The notes under the pieces were generated by a model. The model did not search any database. It saw only the letters and a list, made by a program, of their open reading frames with translations, and was not told where the DNA came from. A stretch of DNA of 63,593 bases, filler included, from Cercozoa sp. M6MM (lineage: Eukaryota; Protista; Endomyxa: Ascetosporea): the NCBI GenBank assembly GCA_040357565.1. It is 16 parts of 16 records of this genome, joined end to end, with 100 filler letters (N's around TTAATTAATTAA, not from the genome) between each part and the next. Parts side by side here need not be neighbours in the genome. Positions count along the whole stretch, not along the records: positions 11,277 to 16,364 come from JBDODJ010000980.1; positions 16,465 to 19,427 come from JBDODJ010001662.1; positions 19,528 to 24,281 come from JBDODJ010001059.1; 13 more parts are not named here. The stretch is one strand, 5' to 3'. The position numbers and the translations under genes were made by a program. This document shows, in pieces, positions 11,584 through 22,777 of this stretch (position 1 is its first letter; each line of letters starts with the position of its first letter).

Positions 11584-11878
11584 GCCGGAATCTCGACCCC
11601 TCCCCCTCCCACTCCCCGATGCGACTCCTCTCGATACTATAGCCAGAGCCACCTGCGATCTGATCATCCCTGCGCGTCCGTGTTTGTGTGTGTTTGTGTG
11701 TTTGTGTACTATATTACAACGCAACTGCGTCCTTGCCGCTTTAGAACTATCACAAACGCGTAGAGTATTCTGGGTGGCTACAGAGGCATTGGTGTCTCTG
11801 GCACCGACCAAGACGAACTATCTAATTTTTCTGGGTGATCGGGGCTACAGCTGTCACTAGGTAACTTTACAGCAGGCA

Positions 11879-13148
11879 ATGACTCAGGGAGCAGACAAAA
11901 AAGGATTTGACTATCGCACCTTGAGATTTCCGCTGCGTGACACAGTTGCGCTCGCGGTACATCTGTTGTTGTTGTTGCCGATTGGAGTGTAGGCGTGTTG
12001 CACTAATTTGCAGGTGACGGCACCGCTGCTGGTGCCTGTGTCGGTTCACTGCGGAGCGCATGTGTCGCTGGGTTGCCTTTCATTGTACAATCATGCGCCT
12101 GCCTACACCGTAGGATTGCATCAGCTGTTTGTTTTGGTCTGTTTCTGCCTTGGTACCTTCTGCTTGGTGTGCAGTTTTTGTTCGGTATGACTGCGACGGT
12201 GGCAGCGTACTTTGCCCAGCGTTCCATCAGTCAGCTGCGACGAGGTAAAATAATTAGTGTCAGTTGTTCTGCTGGTAAAGAATAATGAGTGCCCATGCCC
12301 AGTGCTGTGCCAGCGATACGAGTTGCAAACTGACACGTGGAAGGTCGCCTTTGCGACTGCTTTCTGCCGATGGTCGTGTGTTGTGTTTTTTTCGTATCCG
12401 ATCCGACCCAGACCAAACAAATACCAAAAAACCGACGTTTGACTAATGGGCAGTGTGCTCGGTGTGTTGACGGGTGCCGTGCTTGCTCAAGGTGCGTTTG
12501 GGAAACAAACGGCGCGCTCACGCGCAATTGTAGTGCATGCTAATGTACAGGAGTGCTGACGGCAGCATTCGGTTTCGTGAAGTATGTGGTGCTGCCTGAG
12601 ATACGGCGCACGCTGCGTCGTCCATTGCTGGTGGCCAAGTCGGTCCAGTCCGTGATCCAAGGAGAGGACACTGTCGGGCGTACCCTCTCTTTCTTCTGTT
12701 TCTTTGTTTTGACTTAAGGGTGTTGTCTTGCTTGACTGGGATGCACAGATGCCGCTGCTACTGTGCTCCTTGACTTTGTTGGCGCCCCCTTCCGCTTCAT
12801 TGGTACGCCAGTTAGTCTCTCTGCAAGTGCAACACACTTGACTTTCGAGTGTGCTGCTTCAGCCGAGGTGCTCAAGTTCCTGTTCGAGACTCCAGCAGCT
12901 TCGTCCAGCAGCAGCGACAGTGGCAGTGCTGCTCCTGTTCTGCACAGGTGCCAGCTCTCTCTTTCTCTCTCCTCTTTGTTTCTTTGGCTTCGACGGGGTA
13001 AATTTTGGTCGGGGTTGATTCTCTTAGTGTTCGCGGTGCCCGCAAGCGCCTCAAGCGACGTCATCGGCGCCGTGCCGCTCGCGCTGGCGCTGGCCGTTCG
13101 GGAGAAACTGAGCACTCCGGCTCTGTTAGTGCTAGCCATCCAGAGTAG
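11879..13148 (+). CDS. Hypothetical multi-pass membrane protein
   Basis: MTQGADKKGFDY...LAVHLLLLLPIG|VTAPLL... with several hydrophobic exons and a basic C-terminus ending at TAG 13146-13148. Confidence 0.55.
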
Positions 13149-13199
13149 TAGTACTAAAATGACTGATAATTGTGACTGTCGACATCTAACAACCTACCC

Positions 13200-13900
13200 G
13201 GCTGACTAATTTACTTGCTCCGCGTGGACAATCATGCCAAGTAACGTAAGAATCGAAGTGTTTTGCTAAGGTTGAGATCTGGTAACTTGATAATTGAGTT
13301 TTGCCTAGCTTGGCACACCCTGTGTCTGGTAGAGCGGCGAGCAGCTCGAAACTGCTGCAAGAATTAAAAACAGCCCTCTTTTCCGCTATCAGGTACCTAG
13401 AAGGATACCGTGCTTGTTGACACCAAAGCATACAGCATGAACTACTGTATCCCGCGGAAGCAACCCTACAACTTACAAAAATCCTCGAGAGTGGTGTGGA
13501 CGATTTGACGTGTGTTCGCTGGTATCCTGACCTACTGGAGAGCTTCAGTCCAGACTGTGGAACACCTGTGTTTGAGTAGGGAAGCCTTTAAGCAAGCTTT
13601 TTGCAGCTGAACTCAAAGAAGGGCTCTCTCGATAATCTGATCTCCAGGACCAGTTGTCTTCGCTTCTCATGTCCTCTGCCTTTCCAGAGGCCCTTCTTCT
13701 GTCTTTACTTCCTCACGCCTAATTCTGAATCCTCACTACTCAGTCCTCACGACGTCTTTCCGTCAAGGACCCTTGTTACTGACTGTCCTTTCCACAGTTG
13801 CCATCTGACGGGTGACTTTCCCGTCTAACTTGAGCAGGCAAGAGGTTTTTTTGTTTGAACTCTTCAAACAAACCTCTTCACACTCTCAACTGGTACCTCG
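13200..13900 (-). mobile_element. Degenerate retrotransposon fragment (copy C)
   Basis: Homologous to 451-670 (inverted) and 6380-6600 (direct). Confidence 0.7.
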
Positions 13901-14000
13901 ACGATAGTGATGGAGAAGTGGAGAATTTGGTACAGTAACTGTCAAAAGCAGTCCCGCTAGCGCGGTAGCCTAGGCGTGCCGCAAGGCAGGTTCAGTTCGT

Positions 14001-14580
14001 TTAAGCCTGCTCAGACTTGCAAATGCGACCGAGGCAGCGACGGACGTAGATGCCGACGAGCGACAGCAGAGGCACCGCCGCCGAGGCTGCGGCACAGGCA
14101 GCAAGCAGCGCCAGCGCGCGATTCTTGCCCTGCAGGTCGTTGAACTTAACGTGATGCGCACACGCGGCACCTAAAATTCGCTTGTCACACTTTACATTCT
14201 TCAAGCCTGGGAAGTTCAACAGTAATTTACCACACGTGGCGCCAAGCACAGCGCTCACAGCGAACGCGCCGATTTGCGAAGCCGAGGAAACACGCGACGA
14301 CTTGACCTCCAGTTGGCCACGACCTACAGTCACAATATATTTTGCATGTACACAAGTACTTTTACGGGAAAAGGAGGGAACTTACGGTATTGGTAGTACA
14401 GCAGCGTCGACACGCTGGACACAGCGCCGCAAGCGATGGCGAAGCGGGCGAAAGGCGAGATATTGGCCGAGATCATTTTGTTCTACCGAAAACAAAGGGT
14501 ACCACCCTTGCTACAATATCAACGACAGCATCATTGGCAACCCTCGCTGCTTTGCGGGGACTACCGCATTTTGCGAACAT
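14001..14580 (-). CDS. Hypothetical protein
   Basis: GC-rich exon-like segments with GT/AG borders and a hydrophobic C-terminus; model uncertain. Confidence 0.35.
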
Positions 14581-15107
14581 TTTTCGCGCTTGCCATTGTT
14601 GATTTGTTGCATTTTAACTTTACGGGAGTGTCAGTATACCAGATTTACGTGGTGAGGCGGTTTGTTTCGCGTGTTTAGAGCACGGAAAAGGAATGCTGAG
14701 TTTGCGGAGCGACTTCTTTTAGCTTTCAAAGTGGTCACATTTTGCAGTTAACAACCATCTGCATGTTGCTTCGACCGGCCCAGAAGGTGTTCTGCGCCTT
14801 GAAACTTAATGAACTTGCCAAAAGTACAGCAGAAGGCTTTCTGTTACGCTGATCAACCAACAACGCGAGGGATCAATGCTGTTTGGTTAAGGGCACGATA
14901 GAGGGAAAATGTCTCTGCCGAGTCACCAAGTGTCAGAGGTGCCTGTGTCGTGCGTCTATTCCTCTGGCGTCTCTAGTGCCTGTGCCTGGCACAATTTGGT
15001 GCTTTGCACCTGGTCTCGGTTTTTCACAAAGACTCCCGGAACAACAACTCGTCGTTGTCCGAGTCGATCTGTGTGTCCCCACATTGGCATAGGGAGAGTG
15101 GTAGGCC

Positions 15108-15925
15108 ATGGACCGGTTACGAAGTCTTAGCGAACTGCGTATAGTTTCTACCTTGCCAAAGTTGCTCTTTTTTGACCCAAATTCCTTTGATGACAGTTGA
15201 GAACGGGTTCATCACACAAGTCGAGTATGATGGTACCTTTCGGGCGTTTAGCTTTTCCACTCTCTTTGCCTGTCATTTTCTTTACCCTTGAGCCTCTTTA
15301 CCCTTGGGCCTCTTTGTCCTTGATACCTTGATACTTTTTGACTTACGCGGTGATGGTGTAGAGAGGAGGCAGCAGATCGTGGATGAGATCACGGGCACCT
15401 CGATCAGCACGACGTCGTCGGTGCTGCCGCGACGCCGAAAGAAGCCGCTGCTGCCGCCTGTACTGTCGCGACCACCGCCCGAAGATGTCTGTTTGTGTTT
15501 TTCATTCTTCCAACTCGCATCTGGGTTGCACCACCTTTGTTAAACGACACTGTGTGTTTCGATGCCTCCAGTGGTCGGAAATACCACAAGAGAACGCCGT
15601 GAAATTCACGTTCTGTCCCGAGAAAAGGTGTGTGTGCGTGTGTGTGTGTTTTTTGTTTCATTGATCAGTCTTGCTTTAGAAAATGGTCGAAAACGCCAGT
15701 GAAAGTTCAGTTGGACCCGAGTCCGTTTGCTAGGGGTACCATTCTCACTGTTCTCGTCTCTCTGTGTGCTTCTGTGTGTGTGTGTGTGTGTGCTTCTGTG
15801 TGTGTGTGTGTGTGTGTGCCTGTGTTTGTGTATGTGACTTGTTGCAGGAGGACTGCGTCTGGTCTACCATCTGCGTATGGTGGATGACCCCGGTGTTCCC
15901 GTATGTTGACACACAACAGACCTTG

Positions 15926-15976
<51 letters not shown>

Positions 15977-16245
15977 AACACGACTGAATTGTGGCAGTAC
16001 GTGGCCAAAATGAGCATGGACCCGCGCGACAATCAGCGACGCGAAATCTACTTTCTCGACGTCGAAATGCAAGTAGTATTTGGGTCAAGAGGGGGTTAAG
16101 AGGTGGATGAAAGAGGAGGCAAGAGAGAGATGAAGACATGATGTGTGCTACAGGCGCACGCCAAGGTTTACGCGCGCAAGTTCAACGCGTACGATCCTCC
16201 GAAAAAAGTCGACTTTGTGTCGGCTTTCAACCTAGAATTGGTTCG
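15108..16245 (+). CDS. Alpha-kinase (eEF2K/MHCK family) with N-terminal SHOCT-like domain; 3' partial
   Basis: MDRLRSLSELLENGFITQVEYDERRQQIV (SHOCT-like), then KWSKTPVKVQLDPSPFARGGLRLVYHL..YVAK..YFLDVEMQAHAKVYARKFNAYDPPKKVDFV (alpha-kinase). Confidence 0.88.
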
Positions 16246-16479
16246 TCAGAATGCCTTCATTACCCTCCCCTCCCCCGTTACTCCTCCCTGTGTAGTTACA
16301 AAGAGAAGGCAAGCCAGTTTGCGTAGCACGAATTTGTTCCCGATATATATATATATATATATATNNNNNNNNNNNNNNNNNNNNNNNNNNNNNNNNNNNN
16401 NNNNNNNNTTAATTAATTAANNNNNNNNNNNNNNNNNNNNNNNNNNNNNNNNNNNNNNNNNNNNCAAAAACTGTAGGTC

Positions 16480-16901
16480 AAGTACCCAAGTTCGCGCCAC
16501 TTTGAGTGGAACAAGAAGGCATCTCGCTTTGCGAGGCGTGCCAAGCAACTTGCACAGAGTGCGTTCACCTGCCCTCCCTCCTCAGTGCACTCAGTGCTTC
16601 CACTCTTTGCAGCGGTAGCCTTCAAACGCTTGTTTTGCCTTGTGCTCAGAGACGGGAGTCGCCATGATCTACGAGCTGGCCAAGGCCCAAAACAACCTCA
16701 ACATGGCAATGCTGCACACATCTGAGTCAAGCGAGGCGAACGAGCAGTTGCTGGCCGCTCTTACTAGGTATGCAAATGCACCTCGGTGCCACAGTGTCCC
16801 CCGACCACCATTTCCGTTGACTGTGAGCGTTTGCTTCCCTCAGCGCGGAACAGCTTCTGGAAGACTTGCTGCTGGAGTGCGGTGTCGCTACGTCGCACTA
16901 G
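16480..16901 (+). CDS. Hypothetical protein, C-terminal fragment
   Basis: Short exons with GT-AG introns, ending ...EQLLEDLLLECGVATSH*. Confidence 0.45.
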
Positions 16902-17019
16902 CACTTTGTTCCGGTCAAATTTGACGTGGTAATGAGTCCACATAGGGTGGCCGGTATACTTATTATAGTAAAACTCACAAACGTATGACGGTCGTGACTC
17001 GCGACTGACAGACAGTCAG

Positions 17020-18960
17020 TTAATTAAGTCTTCTCGGAAACCAGCTCTGTAGCTCTCCTGCACCAGTCTGGAGATCGGTCACAAGAGCACGACTGTGTCT
17101 ACCGCTCACTTAGGGCAGGATCATACAACTCCCCTTTTGACGTTCCCTAAACACCGAAGTCGACTTCATGTTTGGTGCAGGTAAATTTAGCGTGATGCAA
17201 GTAGAGACGCCGCAGGCGAATCTTAAAGTAATTTAGAGACGTCCCGTCATTGTTTGCATCCCTTGCAGTTGGTGGTCCTGAGTCTGCCTCTGGCATTGCA
17301 TTCATTGCACTTTCGCGGTATCTCGGCATGGTTGTAGTAAGTTTTAAATCTTACTTGAAGCTTCCAAGTCTGTTGCAGAGGAATCTTGAAAGTGTGCGGA
17401 TGTCTGCGATGCTGAGTTTGCACTCTTTGGCTATTCTGAGCAGTTTGTTTGAGTTCTTGATGTTTCCAAGGGTGTCTGATGTGTGTCTTCTGTAGAGCTC
17501 TGACTCTGGCCGTCCTTTTGTCAGTTCCTTCAATTTGTGATGCAAGACTGTGCCGTTAACGCTGTTGTCAATCAGGAGTGCGATACGGGTTTCTTTCTTC
17601 TTGGCATGTTTGATGCTTTGCATTATGGCAGCCGTTTCGGCATCATAGATAGTCGCTGGTGATTCTGCCACTGCCAGATCTCAGTCTTCCCATTGACTGG
17701 TTGCCTGCTTCGCTTCCGGCGAGTGCCATCTGCGTACACGAAACCGTGAAAATCCTCGAGAACCGGTTTCGACTATCGTATCCCGAGTACTGTCGCGAAG
17801 CAACTATTTTTACCTTCGCTTTAGTGAGCTGTGCAGTAGTTAGTTGAGTCTTATAGGAAACAAACCAAGTCGTTCCCTGCGCCATTTAACTTCGATCTTC
17901 CGGTGGCGACCGCCGGTTTTGACGAGATTTGATCTCGTAATACTTGCCTGCAGGACAAACCACAGGAAAATGTTCTTGCCAGCCAACTCAGCACGCTCAA
18001 GCCAAGGAAAGGACTTACATGCGCCCCAAATCAAGGCGACGACAATTGCGCCCGCCACTATCTTGGAGACGGCGTCGCTGACGGCAGCTCGAGCGTTAAC
18101 AGAGGCTTCATTAACGCCGGCTCGCAAACTTTCGCCGAGACTGCTGAGACCTGCGATTCAACAAAGATGAGTATTGTACGCAGTATACCCGGTGTCACCG
18201 GAGGCGGGACACACCCTTTTCGAGTCCGGTATCACGGATGGCGGCAGATTGCACCAGCGCACTGCTGACATCCCTAAGTCCGTTTTCTGCAAAAGTCGAC
18301 GCGTAGGTTTGTCCGGACATTCTGGAACAGCCGATAAAAGCACAAGTTGGGCCACAAATCACCCGCAGTAGCAGCAAACTAATTACAGTGCTGGTAATAC
18401 TTGGTACGGTAAACAGGAGACAGTCCAGTGCTGGTACTGTACAAGGAAAAGAGTTTTAACATGTCGGAAGTCCACTCCCTTCACTAATTTACTGTACGGG
18501 TAGTCCAAAATGGGCACGCGAAAAAGAAAACAAAGCCCAACTTTTTCTGAAGCACTACCGCTCAAAACACACAAACCTGAAACTTAATGAGAGGCACGGT
18601 AGCAGCGCGATGGGTCGGTGGGACGCTGTCTTTGTACAGTCCTTGCCGGACTTGGGTACATAGTTAAGTTTACATGCCATGTGTGAGACAGGCATTGTAA
18701 GTTTAGACGTTCAGTAGCAGTTGTTTGGCCTCGTCTGGGAGGTGTATGATGTGGTGGTTCATGTTTGTCTCTGCCAGGTGCCTTGATTGCGGCTTCCAGT
18801 TCGTCCATTGTCCTTAGTTTTGGTGCTTGCTGCAGTTGTGCTGCCTGTTAACGTTGTTGTGCGAACCAGTTCTCTCCGATCGAGTGTTTCATTGTTTATT
18901 TCGAGTCGAGACCAGTCGAGTGTGGGTTTCTTCAAACTGACACTTGGCCACTCTCCTTCC
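17020..18960 (-). mobile_element. Degenerate non-LTR retrotransposon with RNase H remnant (copy D)
   Basis: Frameshifted motifs ELEAAIKAPGRDK (pre-RT region), FVYADGT and TIYDAETAAIMQSIKHAK..IALLIDNS (RNase H). The 3' region is shared with copy A. Confidence 0.7.
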
Positions 18961-19137
18961 AAGAACAGACTTTCCTACGTTCCTTTTTCTTAGCACAGTA
19001 TCCTCAATTTACCAAGGCCTAACCCCTACCTGAGAGGACTGGACTGTCGTGTGACTATTCTCACACGACAGAACTCGAAGTTTTACGCCTCGTACCGTAA
19101 GCTATTAATTGAGTTTGCAAGTGGTCTCAGCGTCAAC

Positions 19138-19427
19138 TCAGTCGGAGGCGTAGTACTCGACCTCGGAGTCCTCTTCGTCATCCTCGGGTTCCGAACCTGG
19201 CATTGCCTGCACACATACACACACAAACATACAGCAAGTAGGGTGGAGAGGAAAGCAACCAATGGTACCTCGCTCTCCTCACCGGCGTCGTACTCGCTGC
19301 CGTACTCCTCATCGGCCTCCTCGGCACCCGACGGCTCGTAGCCTGGGAGAGGGTAAAGGGGTAAGAGGGTGAGAGGGATAGGGAGGGGGTAATGGGTGAG
19401 GGGGTAAACATACGAACTTGGCGCACT
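19138..19427 (-). CDS. Hypothetical protein, acidic C-terminal fragment
   Basis: Three exons: ...YEPSGAEEADEEYGSEYDAGEESE|AMPGSEPEDDEEDSEVEYYASD*. Confidence 0.6.
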
Positions 19428-19527
19428 NNNNNNNNNNNNNNNNNNNNNNNNNNNNNNNNNNNNNNNNNNNNTTAATTAATTAANNNNNNNNNNNNNNNNN
19501 NNNNNNNNNNNNNNNNNNNNNNNNNNN

Positions 19528-19570
<43 letters not shown>

Positions 19571-19574
19571 ATAC

Positions 19575-20015
19575 AGCTAGTGGCCTTCTGCTTGTACAGC
19601 TCTAGAGTGCTGCTGATAAGTTCGTGCGGTGCCTCCAGGTTGCCATCCAAGTCGAGTTGTTTGGCCAATTGTTCCACCACGCGGCGTGACTCGATCCCGA
19701 TGCGGCCCAGGCCTGGGGGTCAGGGTGAATGGGAGGGGTAAACAGGGAGGTGTAAACAGGTGTAGGGGGGGCTAACAGGGGGGTAAACCAGTTACCAGAC
19801 ACAGCGAGATCGGAGGCAGAGAAGGGAATGTCAATGCCGGCCACACTGAGCTGTCGCTGCAGTTGCTGCTGCTGCCGACTCAACTGTTGTTGTTGTTGTT
19901 GTTGTTGTTGCTGTTGTTGCTGTTGTTGTTGTTCTTGTTGTTCTTGCTGTTGCTGCGGCTGTTGTTGCTGCCGAGGACGTTTCTTGCCCTTTCGTTTGCC
20001 CTTCCGCTTGGCCAT
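19575..20015 (-). CDS. Hypothetical protein with basic N-terminus and polyQ tract; 3' partial
   Basis: MAKRKGKRKGKKRPRQQQQ..., a GT-AG intron, then a second exon ...VVEQLAKQLDLDGNLEAPHE.... Confidence 0.65.
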
Positions 20016-20535
20016 GGCGGCAGCTGGGGGACTGCGGAGTTTCACCACACAAGCGAAATATAAAATCTATATATTTGATGGCAGATTGACTCCAAGTACC
20101 TCTCTTGCAACGAGGTGCTCCCGGCCGCTTCTCGCGTGCTCTGGGCCACCAAGGAACTGTCACCACACTATCGACAACGCGTCTGGCTCAATTGCACGCT
20201 TCTTGGTCCTGGATTGATTCAGATTGTGAGCCCAGGCGCGGCGCGGTTTCTGATTTGTCCCGTCCTACCGGACAGACATTGCGGCTCCGAGGGATGTTAT
20301 TCTCGTTGATCACCTGTTCAGCCCACTTCACTGGACACTGTTATTAGTTTCAAGTACGTGGCCGGAAGTTAAGCTTGAATCTGTGTAAAAAAGTTGGTCA
20401 GTCGTTGCGGTTGGTGTGGCGTGACTTTTGCTCGGATCTGTGCGCGCAGCTAGCTTTCCGAGTACCCATGTTCCCTAGTTTTGTCTTCTTTTGGGAAGAG
20501 CTTGAACGTCTTTGTGAGTGTGTGTGCGTGAGGCG

Positions 20536-22219
20536 ATGCCCTGGGCAAGGGCAAGAGCATACGCATGGGCAAGAGCATGTGTGGCCTGGACGCGCGCAGG
20601 GATGACGTCGCGCGGTGACACAGTGCTGAAAGCAGCGCTAGCAGTGCTGGCAACCTGGTCGGCATGGTTCCTGCAGCGTGCACTCCACCTGTCGCAGCAC
20701 CGACTCAAAACGCAGGCCTACATGCCGCGCTGGGAGGACTTCTGGCAGGCCGTCGTGTTTGCTGCCGTGTTCTCGTACTGCCCTCTCTATCTGTACCTGT
20801 CTAGACCATGTACACATGTCTCTGACCAATCGAAAACCTTGCTAGCAGAGGCTTGCGACTCGCTGTGTTCAACGCGTTGATCCCGGTGGCCAAGCGAGTG
20901 CTCAAGCCCAAGTTCGTCGGCCAGGAGCGACAAGGTAGGGGGTGCAAAGGGTAAGGGGGTAAGGGGTAAGGGTAAGGGAGTGAGAGGAGGATTAAATGCA
21001 GTGCGTGCCGAGAGGTTCGCGACAGTGGTGTTCAAAGGCATCTACTTTGCACTGATCGTGACTCTGGGTGTCTGGCTCTTTGTGTACGGCGGGGCTCCCA
21101 CTGTGCTGGACGAGCGAGCCGACAACTACGTCGGCTCACCGGCGCCCTGGATGCCGGCCTCGCTGGGCGGTGAGCCTGACGCGTCGGTGGAGTTCCCGCT
21201 GCTGCACCGGTGGGACACGCGCAACTTTGCACCCCTCGTGCGACTCTACTACATGATCGCTGGTACTGCCTCTTAAGGGCGAGGGTAGAGTTAAGGGGGT
21301 GGGGTAGGTTTAAGGGGGTGAAACTGCCAATATGGACAGGCGGGTACCACCTGCACTCGCTCGTGTTTCACGTCGGTCTCGTGGCACGTCGCAGCGACTT
21401 TTACGAAATGTTCCTGCACCACGTGAGCTTTCTCTAGGGCGTATAGGGGGAGGTTAAAGGGGGCTAAGGGAGGTTTAAAGGGGAGGTTTAAGGAGAAGTA
21501 AAGACCTGCTGTCCACATAGGCCGTGACGATCTTTCTCATTGTGTTCTCGTATTTGACCAACCTCCTCGCTTTCGGCGTCGCTGTTTTTTTCGTCCACGA
21601 CGTGCCCGACTTGTTTGTACTCTCGCACATAGGGGGGAAGGCTGCGAACATGTGGTGCGGCGACAGGTGTACACGACGAAAGCGCTGGGAGACACGCCGT
21701 ACAAAATGACGACTTTCACCTTCTTCCTCGGCATGATGTCATCGTGGTTGTAAGCTGAGTTTACCTTTCCCCCCACCTCCTACCTCACTCGCTGTATCCC
21801 TGTGTGTGTACAGCTACATGCGACTGGTGGTGCTGCCTCGTGACATCATTTGGCCGGCCTACCAGAGTGCCAACGGTGTCGAGGGCCAGATGCTCTACGT
21901 GATCCTCCTGTCGACCCTGGTGCTGCTGCATGCCTGGTGGTTCCTGCTCTTTTGCCGCATGCTCTGGGGCTTTTTGACGCACGGCAGCACCGAGGACAAA
22001 GTCGATGACATCTCGCGTGACACCACAAACACGTCGTCCCAACTGCTGCACCAGTCGGAGACACCGCCGAACAAACACGTCGTGCTGCAGGCCGCGTTCG
22101 TTAGCGGTGACACGGCGTGCTCGACCGTCACGGGCTCTGGCTACAACGACGACACTCCGCCCGGCACACCTCGTACCAATGTGCACACTGCTCTTGGCGA
22201 CTGCAAGAAAACTGACTGA
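20536..22219 (+). CDS. LAG1: Ceramide synthase (LAG1/TLC domain)
   Basis: Seven exons; Lag1 motif RRSDFYEMFLHHAVTIFLIVFSY...VHDVPD, plus WFYMRL and LLHAWWF. Confidence 0.92.
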
Positions 22220-22420
22220 AGTCAACAACTACTACAATTGCAAAATATCGACTTTGGAAAAACAATGATTGATCTGGCTGATCTCCTCGAGTGCTAACTG
22301 AACAGCATCTTCTATCAGAACACACCACACTCGCGTACTGTACAGCTACTATTGGTGCTACAGTAGCACCAGCACTATGCACTGGCACCCACGCAGCCAG
22401 CGACCAACAAGAACCGACGG

Positions 22421-22574
22421 GCCAATGAGCCGGAATTCTGTCGCCCTGGAGCCGACAGAAGTGTGCAGGTTAGTGAGACTCAAGGCGCAGGCTGCACAGC
22501 TCTAGGGTAAACGCGACAGTGCCTGAGGGGTGTTCGCAGCGTTCCGTGTGGGCACACCCGGAGTGAACATTGGC
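22421..22574 (+). ncRNA. Candidate structured RNA element (unidentified)
   Basis: Terminal helix GCCAATG/CATTGGC; stems TTCTGTCG/CGACAGAA, TGTGCAG/CTGCACA, CCCTGGAGC/GCTCTAGGG and CTGTCGC/GCGACAG; a G-U-rich hairpin at 22528-22559. Confidence 0.35.
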
Positions 22575-22777
22575 AACAACTCTCCAGCACCGAGGTGAGT
22601 CACGAGTTTCCACACGAACCTAGTAGGGTGTGCAGACCCTTGGGTCTGTTTTTTCTTCGATCAGTGGGCCTTGAGTTCTGTTCGGTTTTTGTGATTTTTC
22701 CGGTGGTCTGTTTTTTGTTCTTTGTGTGTGATTTGCTTGTGCCTGTATGTCTGAGCTGTGCTGTGCTGCTTGCGCAG

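Noticed and set aside
14764-14782. 19-nt near-identity with 25625-25643
   Set aside because: About one such match is expected by chance in 63 kb, and the flanks do not align.
15920-15927. Possible 5-8 nt micro-exon in the alpha-kinase
   Set aside because: Extending the previous exon to ...DDPGVP|GTATGT restores the frame without it.
22421-22574. Assigning the structured element to telomerase RNA, RNase P/MRP, HDV/hammerhead/twister ribozymes or a TPP riboswitch
   Set aside because: The diagnostic motifs are missing: a 1.5-repeat single-stranded template, CR-V, the HDV L3/J4-2, CUGAUGA-GAAA and CUGAGA.
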